Shown one piece after another: positions 18,162 to 37,152 of a stretch of 64,000 nt of DNA. The stretch is from NCBI RefSeq assembly GCF_009914755.1, contig NC_060932.1, one strand, 5' to 3'. The DNA is from the human T2T-CHM13v2.0 reference genome, Homo sapiens. Made by a program: the position numbers and the translations under genes. Under the pieces are notes generated by a model. The model searched no databases and was not told the origin of the DNA. It saw only the letters and a list, made by a program, of their open reading frames with translations. How positions within the stretch are numbered: the first letter of the stretch is position 1; every line of letters begins with the position of its first letter.

Positions 18162-18458
18162 TTTTTTTTTTTTTTTTGAGATGGAGTCTCAGTCTCTTGT
18201 CCAGGCTGGCGTGCAGTGGCACAATCTCGGCTCACTGCAACCTCTGCCTTCCGGGTTCAGGCAATTCTCCTGCCTAGCCTACTGAGTTGCAGGGATAAAA
18301 CGCACGCGCCACCACGCCCAGCTAATTTTTGTATTTTTAGTAGAGATGGGGTTTCACCATGTTGGTCAGGCTGGTCTCGAACTCCTGACCTCAAGTGATA
18401 TGTCCACCTTGGTCTCCCAAAGTGCTAGGATTACAGGTGTGAGCCACTGTGCCTCGCC
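18162..18458 (-). mobile_element. AluS (Sz/Sx-like)
   Basis: Full dimer. TSD ttgactgc(tttt) at 18154-18161 and 18459-18466. Confidence 0.93.
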
Positions 18459-19103
18459 TTGACTGCTTTTTGAGAGGAGGACATTAATTGTCCAGGAAGC
18501 AGCCAAAAAGGTGATGGCCAGAAGAGAAAAGTGTATATTGGGTAAGGCTTGGCCGAAAAAACCAAAGAGAAAAATTAGCATCACCACTGCTTTGTATACC
18601 AAAGTAATCCGGTCATTTTAGCTTTTTCTGGGTCACATTATACTGTTGGTTTATAATGAGTTTGCTATCAAATAAAACCTAGATTCCACCACTCTCACCC
18701 CAATTCCTGTCTGCATATTGTCAGGGTACAGTTCAGCTATCCTTTTCAGGAATAATTATTTTTTGAGCTTAAATGTCAGATTTTACTTATTAATTTATTT
18801 TCTCTAAATACAGTTAGAAAAACAAGAATAGAAAATGATTGTATAATGCTTTCGATACACTAGGCAATTTCTTAACACCTTACATACATTAACTTTAAAG
18901 TGCAATATACTTAGCTCTCATTTCTAACTCTCCATAGTCTTGTCAGCGCACTCTCAACCAATTTCTGCAATTTGTCTGGTAAATTAAAAGAAGTAAAGAT
19001 AATAATTGGCATATATTAAATACTAACCATACTTCAAGCATTATGCTACTTTCATTATTTTTTCCATTATCTTACTTAATTTTCCCTAAGCTTTGTGAGG
19101 TAG

Positions 19104-19473
19104 TGATAGGGTTTGGCTATGTCCCTACCCAAATCTCATTTTGAATTGTAGTTCCCGTAATCCCCATGTGTCCTGGGAGGGACTCCGTGGGAGGTAATTG
19201 AATCATGGGGTCAGGTTTTCCTGTGCTGTTCTTGTGATAGTGAATATGTCTCACGAGATCAGATGGTTTTATAAAGGATTGTTATTTTATAAAGAGCACA
19301 AGCTCTCTTGTCTGCTGCCATGTAAGTTGTGCCTTTGTTCCTCCTTTGCCTTCTGCCATGATTGTGAGGCCTCCCTAGCCATGTGGAACTGTGAGTCCAT
19401 TAAACTGTTTTTTCTTTATAAATTACCCAGTCATGAGTATTTCTTTATAGCAGTATGAAAATGGACTAACACA
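19104..19473 (+). mobile_element. THE1 (C/D-like) solo LTR inserted in a MIR
   Basis: TG...CA termini (tgatagggtttggct...gactaacaca). 5-bp TSD GGTAG at 19099-19103 and 19474-19478. MIR-like sequence resumes after it. Confidence 0.9.
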
Positions 19474-19939
19474 GGTAGTATTGTTACAATATTCACTTTG
19501 CACACCGGGACACTAAGATTTAGTGGATCTAAGTAACTTGCAGGTTTTACAGGTTACAAGTGACACAGAGAGCATTCAAACCCAGGTTTTTCCTGCTATA
19601 AAACAGACTCTTAACTGATGCTGTGTTTATCAATGACCTGAAAGTTTATAGACACAAACATAATTACTTGTATGCTTAAAACTGGCTGAGGCCATTGTCA
19701 GGACAGTAACACAGAATGAGTGAAATTATAATCAGTTCTGAATATAATAGTTCTTAATCCTCCCTCCCTTCCTTTCTTCCTTCCTTTCTTTCATTTAAAG
19801 AAAAAGTGTAGTGAGTAAATAAGGATTCAGAGATACTAATTAGGGTACACTGCCAACAGTTTGGAAATCAGGTCAAAAAAGGACAGTATCTAAAATGAAA
19901 ACAGTGTATCAATATATGGAGCTGTCTAACGTTTACAGC

Positions 19940-20640
19940 TCTGTAGCTGATTATACATTTTAGTTCCATTACTACTTATTGATTGTTTTTGTATGGTAAG
20001 GGGTAGGTATGAACTCACTCTCATTGTTTCTCATACACATAATCAATTATCACAGAATAATTTTGTAGATGAGATAGTGAATCCTTTTCCAATTGATCTA
20101 TAAAGTCTACTTTGGCATAAATCAATTTTTTATATATACAAGGATCTGTTTCCATGATCTATTGTCTGTATTACTGGCCTATTAATCTATCTTTGTGCTA
20201 ATACCCAAAACTGCCTTAATTAGTATTGTTTTAAAGTAAGTCTTCATATCTTGTGGGTGGGAACATTTTGATGTTCTCCTTGGCCTTCACTGTTCCTCAG
20301 AAATGTTTGATTCAGTGTGTTAAATTATACAAAAAAAGTCTTACTGGGATTTTTGTTGGAATTGCATCGATTTTGTGGAAAAGTCAAACTTTCATTATAT
20401 TAAGTCTTTCTACTGAAAGCAAAATATATCTCTTCATTTTTTGTTCATCTTCTGTTATGTCCTTCAATAAAAATTCATAATTTTCTCCATAAAAGGTTTA
20501 TACATCTTTTGTGGATTTATTCTTAGCTCTTATATTTTTGTGTCTATTTTAAATGGTGCCTTTGTAAAGGTTATACACTTGAACTGCTTTTTATGTGGGC
20601 ACATGTGTGTATATATTTCGTATGTTGGTTTTTTATTAAA
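19940..20640 (-). mobile_element. Ancient L1M ORF2 remnant, apparently continuing at ~26810-27560
   Basis: ttactgggatttttgttggaattgcatcg...; after 26810 aatgttgctgaatagaggag..., collinear with antisense L1 ORF2. Confidence 0.55.
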
Positions 20641-20649
20641 AAGACTGAT

Positions 20650-26805
<6,156 letters not shown>

Positions 26806-27020
26806 TTTTAGGCTGACTATATTTGTTAATTATTTCTAAACAATCATCAGAATTTCTTCTGGGTTTACCCTATAGAAATTTATATAATCTGAGACTAATG
26901 ATAGTTTGTTTCTTTTCAAATCTTACATCTTTTACTTCCTTTTCTTTCTTTACCTCTATTAGTAGCTGTGCAATGTTGCTGAATAGAGGAGAGGTAGCAG
27001 ATACTGCTGTTGCCTCTTAA

Positions 27021-27449
<429 letters not shown>

Positions 27450-27850
27450 CAAAATGTAGTTCTTTGCTTTGATTCCTACTTACCAAAAATGGATGGTAAA
27501 TTTCCTTGGCTACTTTTCTGTATCTATTAAGGTAATAGTATGCAGTTTATTATTTAATACTCTATATTACTGCTAAGACAGAAGTTCAACATCTCTCTAC
27601 TTGACCTACATGCTCACATGCCTACTAAATTTCCTAATTTTCCTCTACTTTTGGTTTTTAGGTTTCTTTCTTTTGTTTCAGCTCAACAATGCTTTTAAGA
27701 TATATTTTAGTTTTAAAAATCTAACATATCTCATCCAAGGTTTGCCCTAATCGGCAGTATATTTTAGGCTTTCTATTCTGCCATGTGACCAGAAAAATAA
27801 TCTATCATTCTTCATCAAAATCTACAAATGCTTTTCAAGGTGTATCCATG

Positions 27851-27967
27851 AGCTGGGTGTGGTGGCTCACTCCTGTAATCTCTGTGCTTTGGAAAGCCAA
27901 GGCAGGAGGATCACTTGAGCCCAGGAGTTCAAGACCAGCCTGGGCAAATGGTAAAACTCTCTCTCTG

Positions 27968-27998
<31 letters not shown>

Positions 27999-28190
27999 CA
28001 AAAATTAGCTGGGCATGGTCGTGCACACCTATAATCCCAGCTACTCAACGGGCTAAGGCAGGAGGATCCCTTGAGCCTGGGAGGCAGAGTTTGTAGTGAG
28101 CCAAGATCGCACCACTGCACTCAGGCCTGAGCGACAGAGTGAGGCCCTGTCTCAAAAAAAAAAAAAAAAAAAAAAAGAAAAGAAAAAAGA
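27851..28190 (+). mobile_element. AluJ with A30 linker
   Basis: ggaggatcacttgagcccagg. TSD atccatg at 27844-27850 and 28191-28197. Confidence 0.9.
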
Positions 28191-28574
28191 ATCCATGTTT
28201 TCCTCTCAGAAAACACTGTCACCACTAATTTCACTTATAGAAAAAGGGTCACCAGACAAGAGACATAAATATTACAGTTATTGGGAAAATAACTGTATGT
28301 TCCATATGAACTTATTGGTATAATACTTTCTTAACTCTGTTTTGGAAATATAGATTGTAGAGATGATAAAAAAATATGTGAAGTAAAAATATCTTGTGAG
28401 CAAATTTAAATGATGGTGAATACCAACTTCATGGGCTTGGCCTAAAGCTGCTTCATCTTTGATTTTTCTTATCTGCAGAAATAATTAAAGTAAGTAGCAT
28501 AAGACAATAATCTAGGATCATGCTGTGTGAGAAGACAGCATAAAAATATACAAGAAGACAGAAAAGTGTTCCCA

Positions 28575-28853
28575 GGCCAGGCATGGTAGGTCATGCCTGT
28601 AATCCTAGCACTTTGGGAGGCTGAAGAGGGCAGATCACTTGAGGTCAGGACTTCAAGACCAGCCTGGCTAACACGGGGAAATCCTGTGTCTACAAAAAAT
28701 ACAAAAGTTAGCTGGGCATGGTGGTGCATGCCTGTAATCTCAGCTACTTGGGAGGCTAAGGCAGGAGAATTGCTTGATTCTGGGAAGTGGAAGTTGCAGT
28801 GAGCTGAGATCGTGCCACTGCACTCCAACCTGGGTGATGGAAAGAAAAAAAAA
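28575..28853 (+). mobile_element. Alu (S/Jb-like)
   Basis: ggccaggcatggt...cactgcactccaacctggg followed by an A-rich tail. Confidence 0.9.
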
Positions 28854-29873
28854 CGTCGCCAAAATAACCAAAATAAGTTCAAGTGACATGTTCCAGTTAT
28901 ATAAGTAGAAAACCAATATATTGAGGCTTTCATTTTATCTTTAATCATACACAAAGGGTTATTTACATGAAGAATAAGAATTATAAAATTATCATTTCTA
29001 TTCACATAATCTGACAGATGATTCCTGACATTCTACCCTCTCACCAAAGTATCTTTCCTCTTCTCCTGCCCATTGGTTTAACAAGTTCTTTCCTTCCTAT
29101 GGGTCTTAGTTGAAAAGCTATTTTAGGGCGATCTCATCTGGTTTTCTAGAATGGGTTGGATGACCCTGGTTTACATTTCTCTTGCATCCTGTCCTTTCTT
29201 TTTATAACAAGCATTGTATTTATATGACTGTTCAACTTTTTGTGACTGTAAATTCCATGAGGACAAACAGGGTCCTCATGTTTTATTTGTTGCTACATCT
29301 CCAGGCCTTGGCATTGTTCTTTGTTCATACTGGGACTCAGTAAGCAGTTGTTCAATTACAAAATAAATAAATGTGAAAATCCATTAATAACAATTGTCAC
29401 TCTAGGTTGGAAAATACTTTCTGTTACTGAAGACAAAACCACTTGCATAATTAAGAAAAAGATAAAAATCAAAATGGTTAGACTGATATTAAACACTGAT
29501 TAATGAATTCAACAACATTCTGTTTAAATAGCAGTTATTTATATATTTTATTATTTGATTATTTTAGAGATTATAAATATTTGTCAAAGCATGTAATATG
29601 TTAGAACATTCATCTTAAAGTCCCTCATAATATTGACATTTATTCAAGAAGCTGGAATAGTTTACAAAAGAGCCCAAGTGTCTCAGAGTGTCTACATAGG
29701 GTGTCTAATGAACAATTTACTCTCCTCTCAATAGCAATTTTAAGTCTCTTATGTTAACATTATATCCCTATATATTAACATGTAGTCAACGTGCAGAAGA
29801 TACTAAACTATGTGTCAAAACAAATAGTAATGAAATATGGGGAAAAGGGGAGATTAATCGTGAGTTCTTATAC

Positions 29874-29996
29874 CTGTAAGTGATGTGCTTGTGCTGCCAT
29901 TTCTGTCCTGTCAATGCATATCGCTTTCGACGAATATGAAATTTGGAGCTACCTCTTGTCTGGTCAGGTACACCGCATCGGGGCTTCTTCATCCAG
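29874..29996 (-). CDS. MMP16: MMP16 coding exon 3, cysteine switch and furin cleavage site
   Basis: Acceptor (T)23gcag|CTGG, donor TACAG|gtataa. 123 nt encoding WMKKPRCGVPDQTRGSSKFHIRRKRYALTGQKWQHKHITY(S). Phase 2/2 joins exon 2 (GA+C=Asp) and exon 4 (AG+T=Ser). Confidence 0.97.
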
Positions 29997-30000
29997 CTGC

Positions 30001-30023
30001 AAAAAAAAAAAAAAAAAAAAAAA
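30001..30023 (-). promoter_or_regulatory. T23 polypyrimidine tract of the exon 3 acceptor
   Basis: 23 A on the plus strand directly adjoining ctgc (GCAG acceptor on minus). Confidence 0.9.
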
Positions 30024-31329
30024 GCAGTATTTTCCAGTTATTTACTAACAACCCTAATCATTAAATTCAAAAGAAAATCAATTAAGAGGTTAATCTGAGA
30101 CAGTGATGATGAAAATGGCAAAATATAAAGTAAAGGGAACACTGTGAATTTTCTTGCACTTTGAATCTAAGTAGATAGCATAGTTTTTCCTGAATTATCA
30201 AGAATCACTAGTTTACTATTCAGATCCTTTAGATAATTTTCTTCTCTCTAATTTATTTTGGGCTAACTATAGACAGAGGTAGTCTAAAGCTTCTAAGAAT
30301 TTGCTGTTAACAAGGTATATAATCTTGGGCAAGTCTTTAATTCCTAGTGCTACTCATAAAATGCCACTAAGGAGTTATTCCACCTTTAACATTCAAAGAT
30401 TATTCTAATCTATTACCTGAGTTTAAATGCCAGGATTCAAGAGGGTATATGCTACTCTGTTCTAATTTACATAGCAGTCAACTGTTTGTTCAAATAAAAT
30501 ATTCATTTCTCTACCTTTTCTTCTTTACATTTGATCATTATTTCATTTCCAAGTAGCAGCCACTTGCTTTGAATATTTGATAAATAACCAAATTCAATGC
30601 TTAAAAAATATTTTTCTGAATATGAGGTTTTGCACTCACAAGACTAAGGTTTGATGTACTTAAATTTGAAAAGGAAATGCTGCTTTTAATTTATTAATCT
30701 TAACACATATACAGATAAAATAGTCTAATTTCTCTTCTAGAGAGTCTCATTGGACCACTGTCACATTTTCTATCTATTCTTGCATCTTATCTAAGTAGAA
30801 AGATTTTCATGATTTGGGGGTAGTTTTTCTTTAGTGCGTTATAAAGTGACTTTGCTGTTTATTAGCCCCTTTATTTTAATAATTACAAAGGTAAGGCAGA
30901 AAATTCATAGTACTACATGGTTCAGAAAGTAGAAATGAAAAACAATCAATTTTTGGAGTATTTGCTTTACAATTTCTACACTTTTTAAATGGAAAAGGAG
31001 TGATCATAGAGATGACTCTCTAAGTCATTTACACATTAAGTAATTTGCATGTGAAGTAATTTACATGTTATGCAACAAAATCCAATAATGTGCTTTTACA
31101 AACATAATAACTTCCTGCATCAGTGAAATAATAACTTTTACTTCTTAAGAAAGATGACACTTTTCCAGAAAACATTAAAAGATTCTGCTTTCTTATTCTG
31201 ACCCCAGTAATGTAGACCATGCAGTTACCAGATTTAACAAATTCCATCCTAGTTTAAATGCATTGTAGAGTTACTTCAGAAAATAATTCTTCCCCTTTAT
31301 TAAAGTCCACGAATTAAAAAATACATCTT

Positions 31330-31452
31330 GTAAACGCTAAATTCTAAGAGGGTATCCAGCTTTATGGAATTGAGCTCTCAGGAGGTGAGATCAGAGGCCT
31401 CTCATTTTTAACTAACACTCCCAGGGGAGTCCTAAACACACTGAATTTGAGA
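31330..31452. mobile_element. MER5-like hAT-Charlie fragment
   Basis: catttttaac..actcccagg.ga.tcc..aacacactgaatttgaga resembles the MER5A end. Confidence 0.45.
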
Positions 31453-32051
31453 GATATTTCACTATACTGTAAAACACTCAAGAGAAGGGGTTTTGGTATT
31501 CTCTGTATCTTGCACAACTGGAATAGGAGAATTAACAAATAAATATTACTGGACTAGATGGATATGGTTATTTTTATTGCATAGTTTAAGATCTAGATAT
31601 TGATTTAATTAACAATTGTATTAATGGTGTGCCTACGATGATTTAAGTTGCTTTTATATATGGGTATTAATTATAGTCTCAAAAAATTATAATATTCCTA
31701 AGGTAGGTACTTATCTTTACTTATCTCATTGAAAGTACTGGGAGAACAAACAATACGTAATTATGAAATCTGAATATATTTACTTAACGTGGGATATGGT
31801 TACATTCACATTTAGCTAAGGAAAACATTTAAGTAAGCAATCTGTGAAAAAAACCTGAAATGGATAGTTGGGTAAAATTTGAAACAACAGAATTAACTAT
31901 TATCAGAATAAAATGTATTTTCAATGAGGGTATAGTCTCTAAAATTACTTTAGTATGTATAAAATTGAAAAATGAAGGCAGTAATGTCATGCTTTTGTTG
32001 GAGCCAGTAAAAGATTTCTTTGTCAAGTGTGTACATCTTCCAAAGAACAGA

Positions 32052-32351
32052 TTTTTTTTTTTTTTTTTGAGTCCGAGTTTTGATCTTGTCGCCCAGGCTG
32101 GAGTGCAATGGCACGATCTCGGCTTAACCACAACCTCCACCTCCCGGGTTCAAGCAATTCTCCTGCCTCAGCCTCCTGAGTAGCTGGGATTACAGGCATG
32201 CGCCACCACACCTGGCTAATTTTGTATTTTTAGTAGAGACAGGGTTTCTTCGTGTTGGTCAGGCTGGTCTCAAACTCCCGAGCTCAGGTGATCTGCTTGC
32301 CTCGGCCTCCCAAAGTGCTGGGATTACAGGCATGAGCCACCGTGCCCGGCC
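32052..32351 (-). mobile_element. AluS (Sp/Sq-like)
   Basis: Full dimer. TSD caaagaacaga(t) at 32041-32051 and 32352-32362. Confidence 0.93.
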
Positions 32352-34584
32352 CAAAGAACAGATATTTTAGGGAGGAATATTAGATTCCTGTGCTAAAAGA
32401 CATTTCTGCTGAATCCCTTATATAAGTCTTGGGCTTTTGCCCACTTCATATAGTTGTTTGCTTGTGTTCTAACTATTTGTTCATTTACCCATCTCATCCT
32501 GATTTATTCATCATATAGTATTTTTGAGCTTTTACAACATGCTAAGATATATAAAAGAAAGTATGGATTAGAAGATGAAGAAAGAAAGAGCCCCTTCCTT
32601 ACTGAGCTCATAGCACACAGGTAAGACATGTATCATTTAAAAAGTACAATATAATGGGGTAAGTGCTGTCACACCTCCATCTAGATATCCTGTCATCAGC
32701 TCTAATGTTATATGTAATACAAAGAAAATCATGATATTCCTACCCCAAACTTGCACCAATTTATCTGATGCCTCATCTCAGCTGAAAGCCTTAGCATCTT
32801 CTAATGCCCACACTAGATATCCAGGTATAACCCTCCACTACTCTTTCCTCACATCCAGTCAATCACAGTCTAGTCTCTTCTACCCTCAAAATGTCTCTTG
32901 TATCTCTCACTCTCAACACTTCCTTCATTTTCACTACTAACAATACTAACAATACATTTTCCCAAAGCAAAAGTGTGTTCTCTGCATGTTCTGAGCATGA
33001 AATGCCTTTGTAGAAAGAATCTGATTTATGTCTACCTAGTGAGGGTGTCCCCTGTCCTCCTTCTCAAAATCCAATTGAGTTCCTACAGAACCAAACCTCT
33101 TCCTGCCCTTATATGCAATGACCTCTGTCTGGAATACTTTTCACTCCTTGTTCACCCTGAGAATCCTAATTATTCTTTAATATTCAACTCACATAGATAC
33201 AGTTTACCACCCCAATGCAGCATGTCTTATAATGTGTATCCTGATTTGTATGTGTCTGTCTCTATCTACCACTGACCTGTGAGTGAGGGTAGAGAGCCAA
33301 GCATGAGGTCAGTGCCTAGTGAAGTCGCCAATAAGGAACATGAAGCAAATGAACTAAGTCTATATGTCATTTTGCATATACTGATCATTTCGACAATCCT
33401 ATATATTTCTTGAGGACTTCATAACTTTTTCCAGCTCTGTGCTTTGAACAAATGATTATTGCAGAGACATTACGTGGATACTTATATAAAACAAAATCAT
33501 GAAGTAGATAATTTACACATAAGAACTAAGCATAACATATATAATATAATATCAACTAATGATTTAATGAAAAGAACTCTGAATGAAGATTGGTAAAGTT
33601 GAGAATACTCTATGTTAACTTCACCAATATTTGTATCTAAACATTCTGGCACAGAGATATTAGTGGGTATTATCTTCTCAAAGTAGGTAAAATACCATAA
33701 ATATGATCAAAGCACATCACACTACTGAACATGACACAGAATCCGAGCTAAATTGGTCTTCAGGCTTTTGTATGTGACTTTAAACATTTGATTTCATAAG
33801 CAGGCAGGTTCTTTCTTATGGAAATTTTAAAGTTCCCAATGGATATAAAGAATGCTCAGTGTTTAACAGGACTCATCAATGCATGAAATGTTGTCTAACA
33901 TTAAATACAAAACTGGCATGCTAATGTTTTTATTCAGTTAGAGTCTGGCAGTCAGGTTCATTTCCAGTTGCCCAAATAGATAATATAAATTTGTTAGGCA
34001 CCAAAATGTTAGTAGCATTCAAATATCAATTTGATAAATCCCATATATACCTGTTCACACAAAAAACAGGAATATATAACTATATCTATATCCACATACA
34101 AAGTTAACATATAAGTGTATTTTATACATATATATATATAGCTTATTACCAACTGGCAACTTGGTAAAATCTAGTCGCCACCTTTTTTTTAAAGCTTTCA
34201 ATAATGTTATTTTCAGGCAGTACTTTTTTTGCGACAGTGTCATTGCTTAAACATAGTTACTTTTTCAGTGTGTCAACACACAACTCATATAACTGTGCTT
34301 TTTATTTTTCTTGACTGACTCATTTGTGAGAAATTTTAAGTTGACATCCCAAAGCAAACAAAGACATGGGGAAGGGGCACTGCAACTTTGTAATTATCAA
34401 GGTGTAAATAATGGCATGGCTTCAATTTTCATAAACGTAATACTGATTTTTAATACTGATTTAATTTTTGGGAATTTTAGATAATTTTAAAATTAGGTGG
34501 GCAGATCATTAATGTCCTTATTTAAGTTAACTCAACTTAAAAAGAAAAAAAATCTAAATCAGTGCTTTTGAGAGGAGTATAAAA

Positions 34585-34795
34585 ATTGAAAGCAGGGATC
34601 CTGGTGCCATACTGTAGAGTTACCTCGCTGACTCAATAGTCCTATGACAATAGGTTACCGTTTCTTTTTATACTTCGGTTTCCGCATCTTTAAAGGAGAT
34701 GATAATATTACCTCTATTATTGGGTTATTGTGAAGAATGAATTAGTTAAATCATTTAAACACTTAAAATAGTGTCTAGCAGACAGTAACTACTAT
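34585..34795 (+). mobile_element. MIR fragment
   Basis: cttcggtttccgcatctttaaaggagatgataata...gggttattgtgaagaatgaattagttaa...acttaaaatagtgtctagca. Confidence 0.65.
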
Positions 34796-36239
34796 TATTA
34801 ACTTACAATTCTAATTCTAATAACTATTATTATTTTACAAATATCAGGAAGTAGTTATACTGGTGGTAGTCATGGTAGAAGCAGCAGCAGCGTACAAATA
34901 TTGATGTGCTTCACCTCCCTTTGACCTGTATATATGTTATTTAAAACAGGGATTTTTTTTGGTACTTTGATAATAGAAATATAAATAAACAACTTCACTG
35001 TCCCCTGTTTTATGTAAATAAAGTAGCCAGAAGCTTCTAAACAGTTTGGTGTACCACACACACACAGACACACACACATATAACTGAAAGTGTCCATTAG
35101 CTTCAGTAAAATATATTTTTAAAAAGTATTTAATAAGTTGGGCATTCATGCCAAACACATAAGGCCACTCACTGCATGACTCTTAAGAGGTGCCCTTAGG
35201 TTACAGTCCTGGTACTGGGTATCCTGTGCTGGTGCTGCAGGAAGGCCGTGCTTCAACAAAATACCAGGGAAACGTCATCCCTTGCAGCTAGAGCTCTGCC
35301 ACACAGTGGCTCTGTGTAAATACACCTACCTTTACCATGAGAAAAGAAAATGACTGCCAAATACATATGTTGTACTTTATCAACTCATGCTCTAAGACAA
35401 TATTCACCAGGATAATATGTTAAACAAGTTTCCATTCTCCATACTTTCACAAGTTTTAGTTAAAAGTATGAATAATATTTACTATTTATAGTAGTCCCCA
35501 AAAGATCCTTCCAGAAATTTAAAAATATACTTATTTTAATTACTTTAAAAAATCCTTAGGTTTTATTTGTATTCATAGAGTCAAGTCCAGTTGCCATGGG
35601 AAGATTTTTAAAAGTAAATTAACTTAGGGCTAAAAATGTTGCGGCTGACAGCTCATTCCAGTCCAGAGTTTCTTTTATCTACAGACTCATTAACTGCCTG
35701 TATAGACACACAGGTTATTCACAAGATTGAAATGGCAAAGTTAAAGTACCTAAATACCTGAGCAAGAACAAAACTGTATTAAGCCACTATGATCTTCAGT
35801 GTGAACACAATTTCAGTGTTAGCTCTAACCAATTCTTTCAACTTTTTACCTTTCAGAATAGGAATCTAAGGTCCCTGCTCACTAGCTATCAACCTTCCTT
35901 CTGCTGCCACCAAAATGTGGGCTGACCCATCCTATAATGTGATAGCGTTTTAATGCCATGGGTATATTCAGAAATAAAAAGAAGAACATCAATTGATTAA
36001 GAACACATCTTTTATATCCAAACTGAAAAAGAAGATAGAGAATATTCCCTTGGCAATTTAGACAAAAGAATAAAAATCATAAAACATATTGACAAGCCAA
36101 AAATGTTGGGGTTCTTGGTACATCTAAATAAGTATTTCAATTATCAAATTAGGAATCCAAATATCACTATAGTTTCATTGAAATGACTTGAAAAATCTAC
36201 TTATTCAACCTTAAATAAATTTTAATTAAGTTAAATTTC

Positions 36240-37152
36240 TGTACAATGAGATATCATCCTACCCCAGTTAAACAAACTTTTATCGAAAAGACAGGCCATA
36301 ATGAAAGCTGGGGGGCATCTGAAGAAAGAGAAATCCTTATACACTACTGATGGAAATATAAATTAGGATAATCACTATGGAGAAGAGTATGGAGGTTCCT
36401 CAAAAAACTAAAAATAGAACTACCATATGATCTAACAATCCCACTGCTGGGCATATATCCAAAGGAAAGGGTATCAGTATATTGAAAAGATATCTACACT
36501 CCCTTGTTTATTGCAGGACTATTCACAACAGCTAAGATATGGAATCATCTGAAATGTCTGTCAATGTGTGAATGGATAAAGAAAATATGGTATTTATACA
36601 CAATGGAATATTATTCAGCCATAAAAAATAAAATCCTGTAATTTGCAGCAACGTGGGATAGAATTGGAAGACATTATGTTAAGTGAAATAGGTCAGGCAC
36701 AAAAAGACAAATATTGCATTGCATGTTTTCACATATGTGGGAGCTAAAAAACAAAACAAAACAAAACACACAAAAAGAACTTCATGGAGACAGAGACTAG
36801 AATTATCTAGAATTATGGTTACTAGAGGCTGGGAAGGATAGGAGGGAGGTGGGGATAAAGAGAAGGGGTGGCTAATGGGTACAAAATGTAGTTAGATACA
36901 ATGAATAAGAGATAGTAGTAAATAGCACACTAGGGTGACTACAGGTAAAAACAATTTATTGCATATTTAACTAAAAGAGTAAGATTGGAATGATCTTAAC
37001 ACAAATAAATGGCAAATGCTTGAGGTGATAGATACCCCAACTACCCTGATTTGATCACTATGTACTGTATGCCTGTATCAAAACATAACAAGTACCCTAT
37101 AAATATATAGGACTATTATATATCCATAATAATTAAAAATAATTTAAAAAAG
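36240..37152 (+). mobile_element. L1MA-type 3' end (ORF2 C-terminus plus 3'UTR)
   Basis: caatgagatatcat...gaactaccatatgatc...tgaggtgatagataccccaactaccctgatttgatc...aataattaaaaat. Confidence 0.85.

Noticed and set aside
29786-29873. ORF extension beyond the exon 3 donor (RYKNSRLISPF...)
   Set aside because: Intronic read-through. MMP homology stops at the GT donor and resumes in exon 4.
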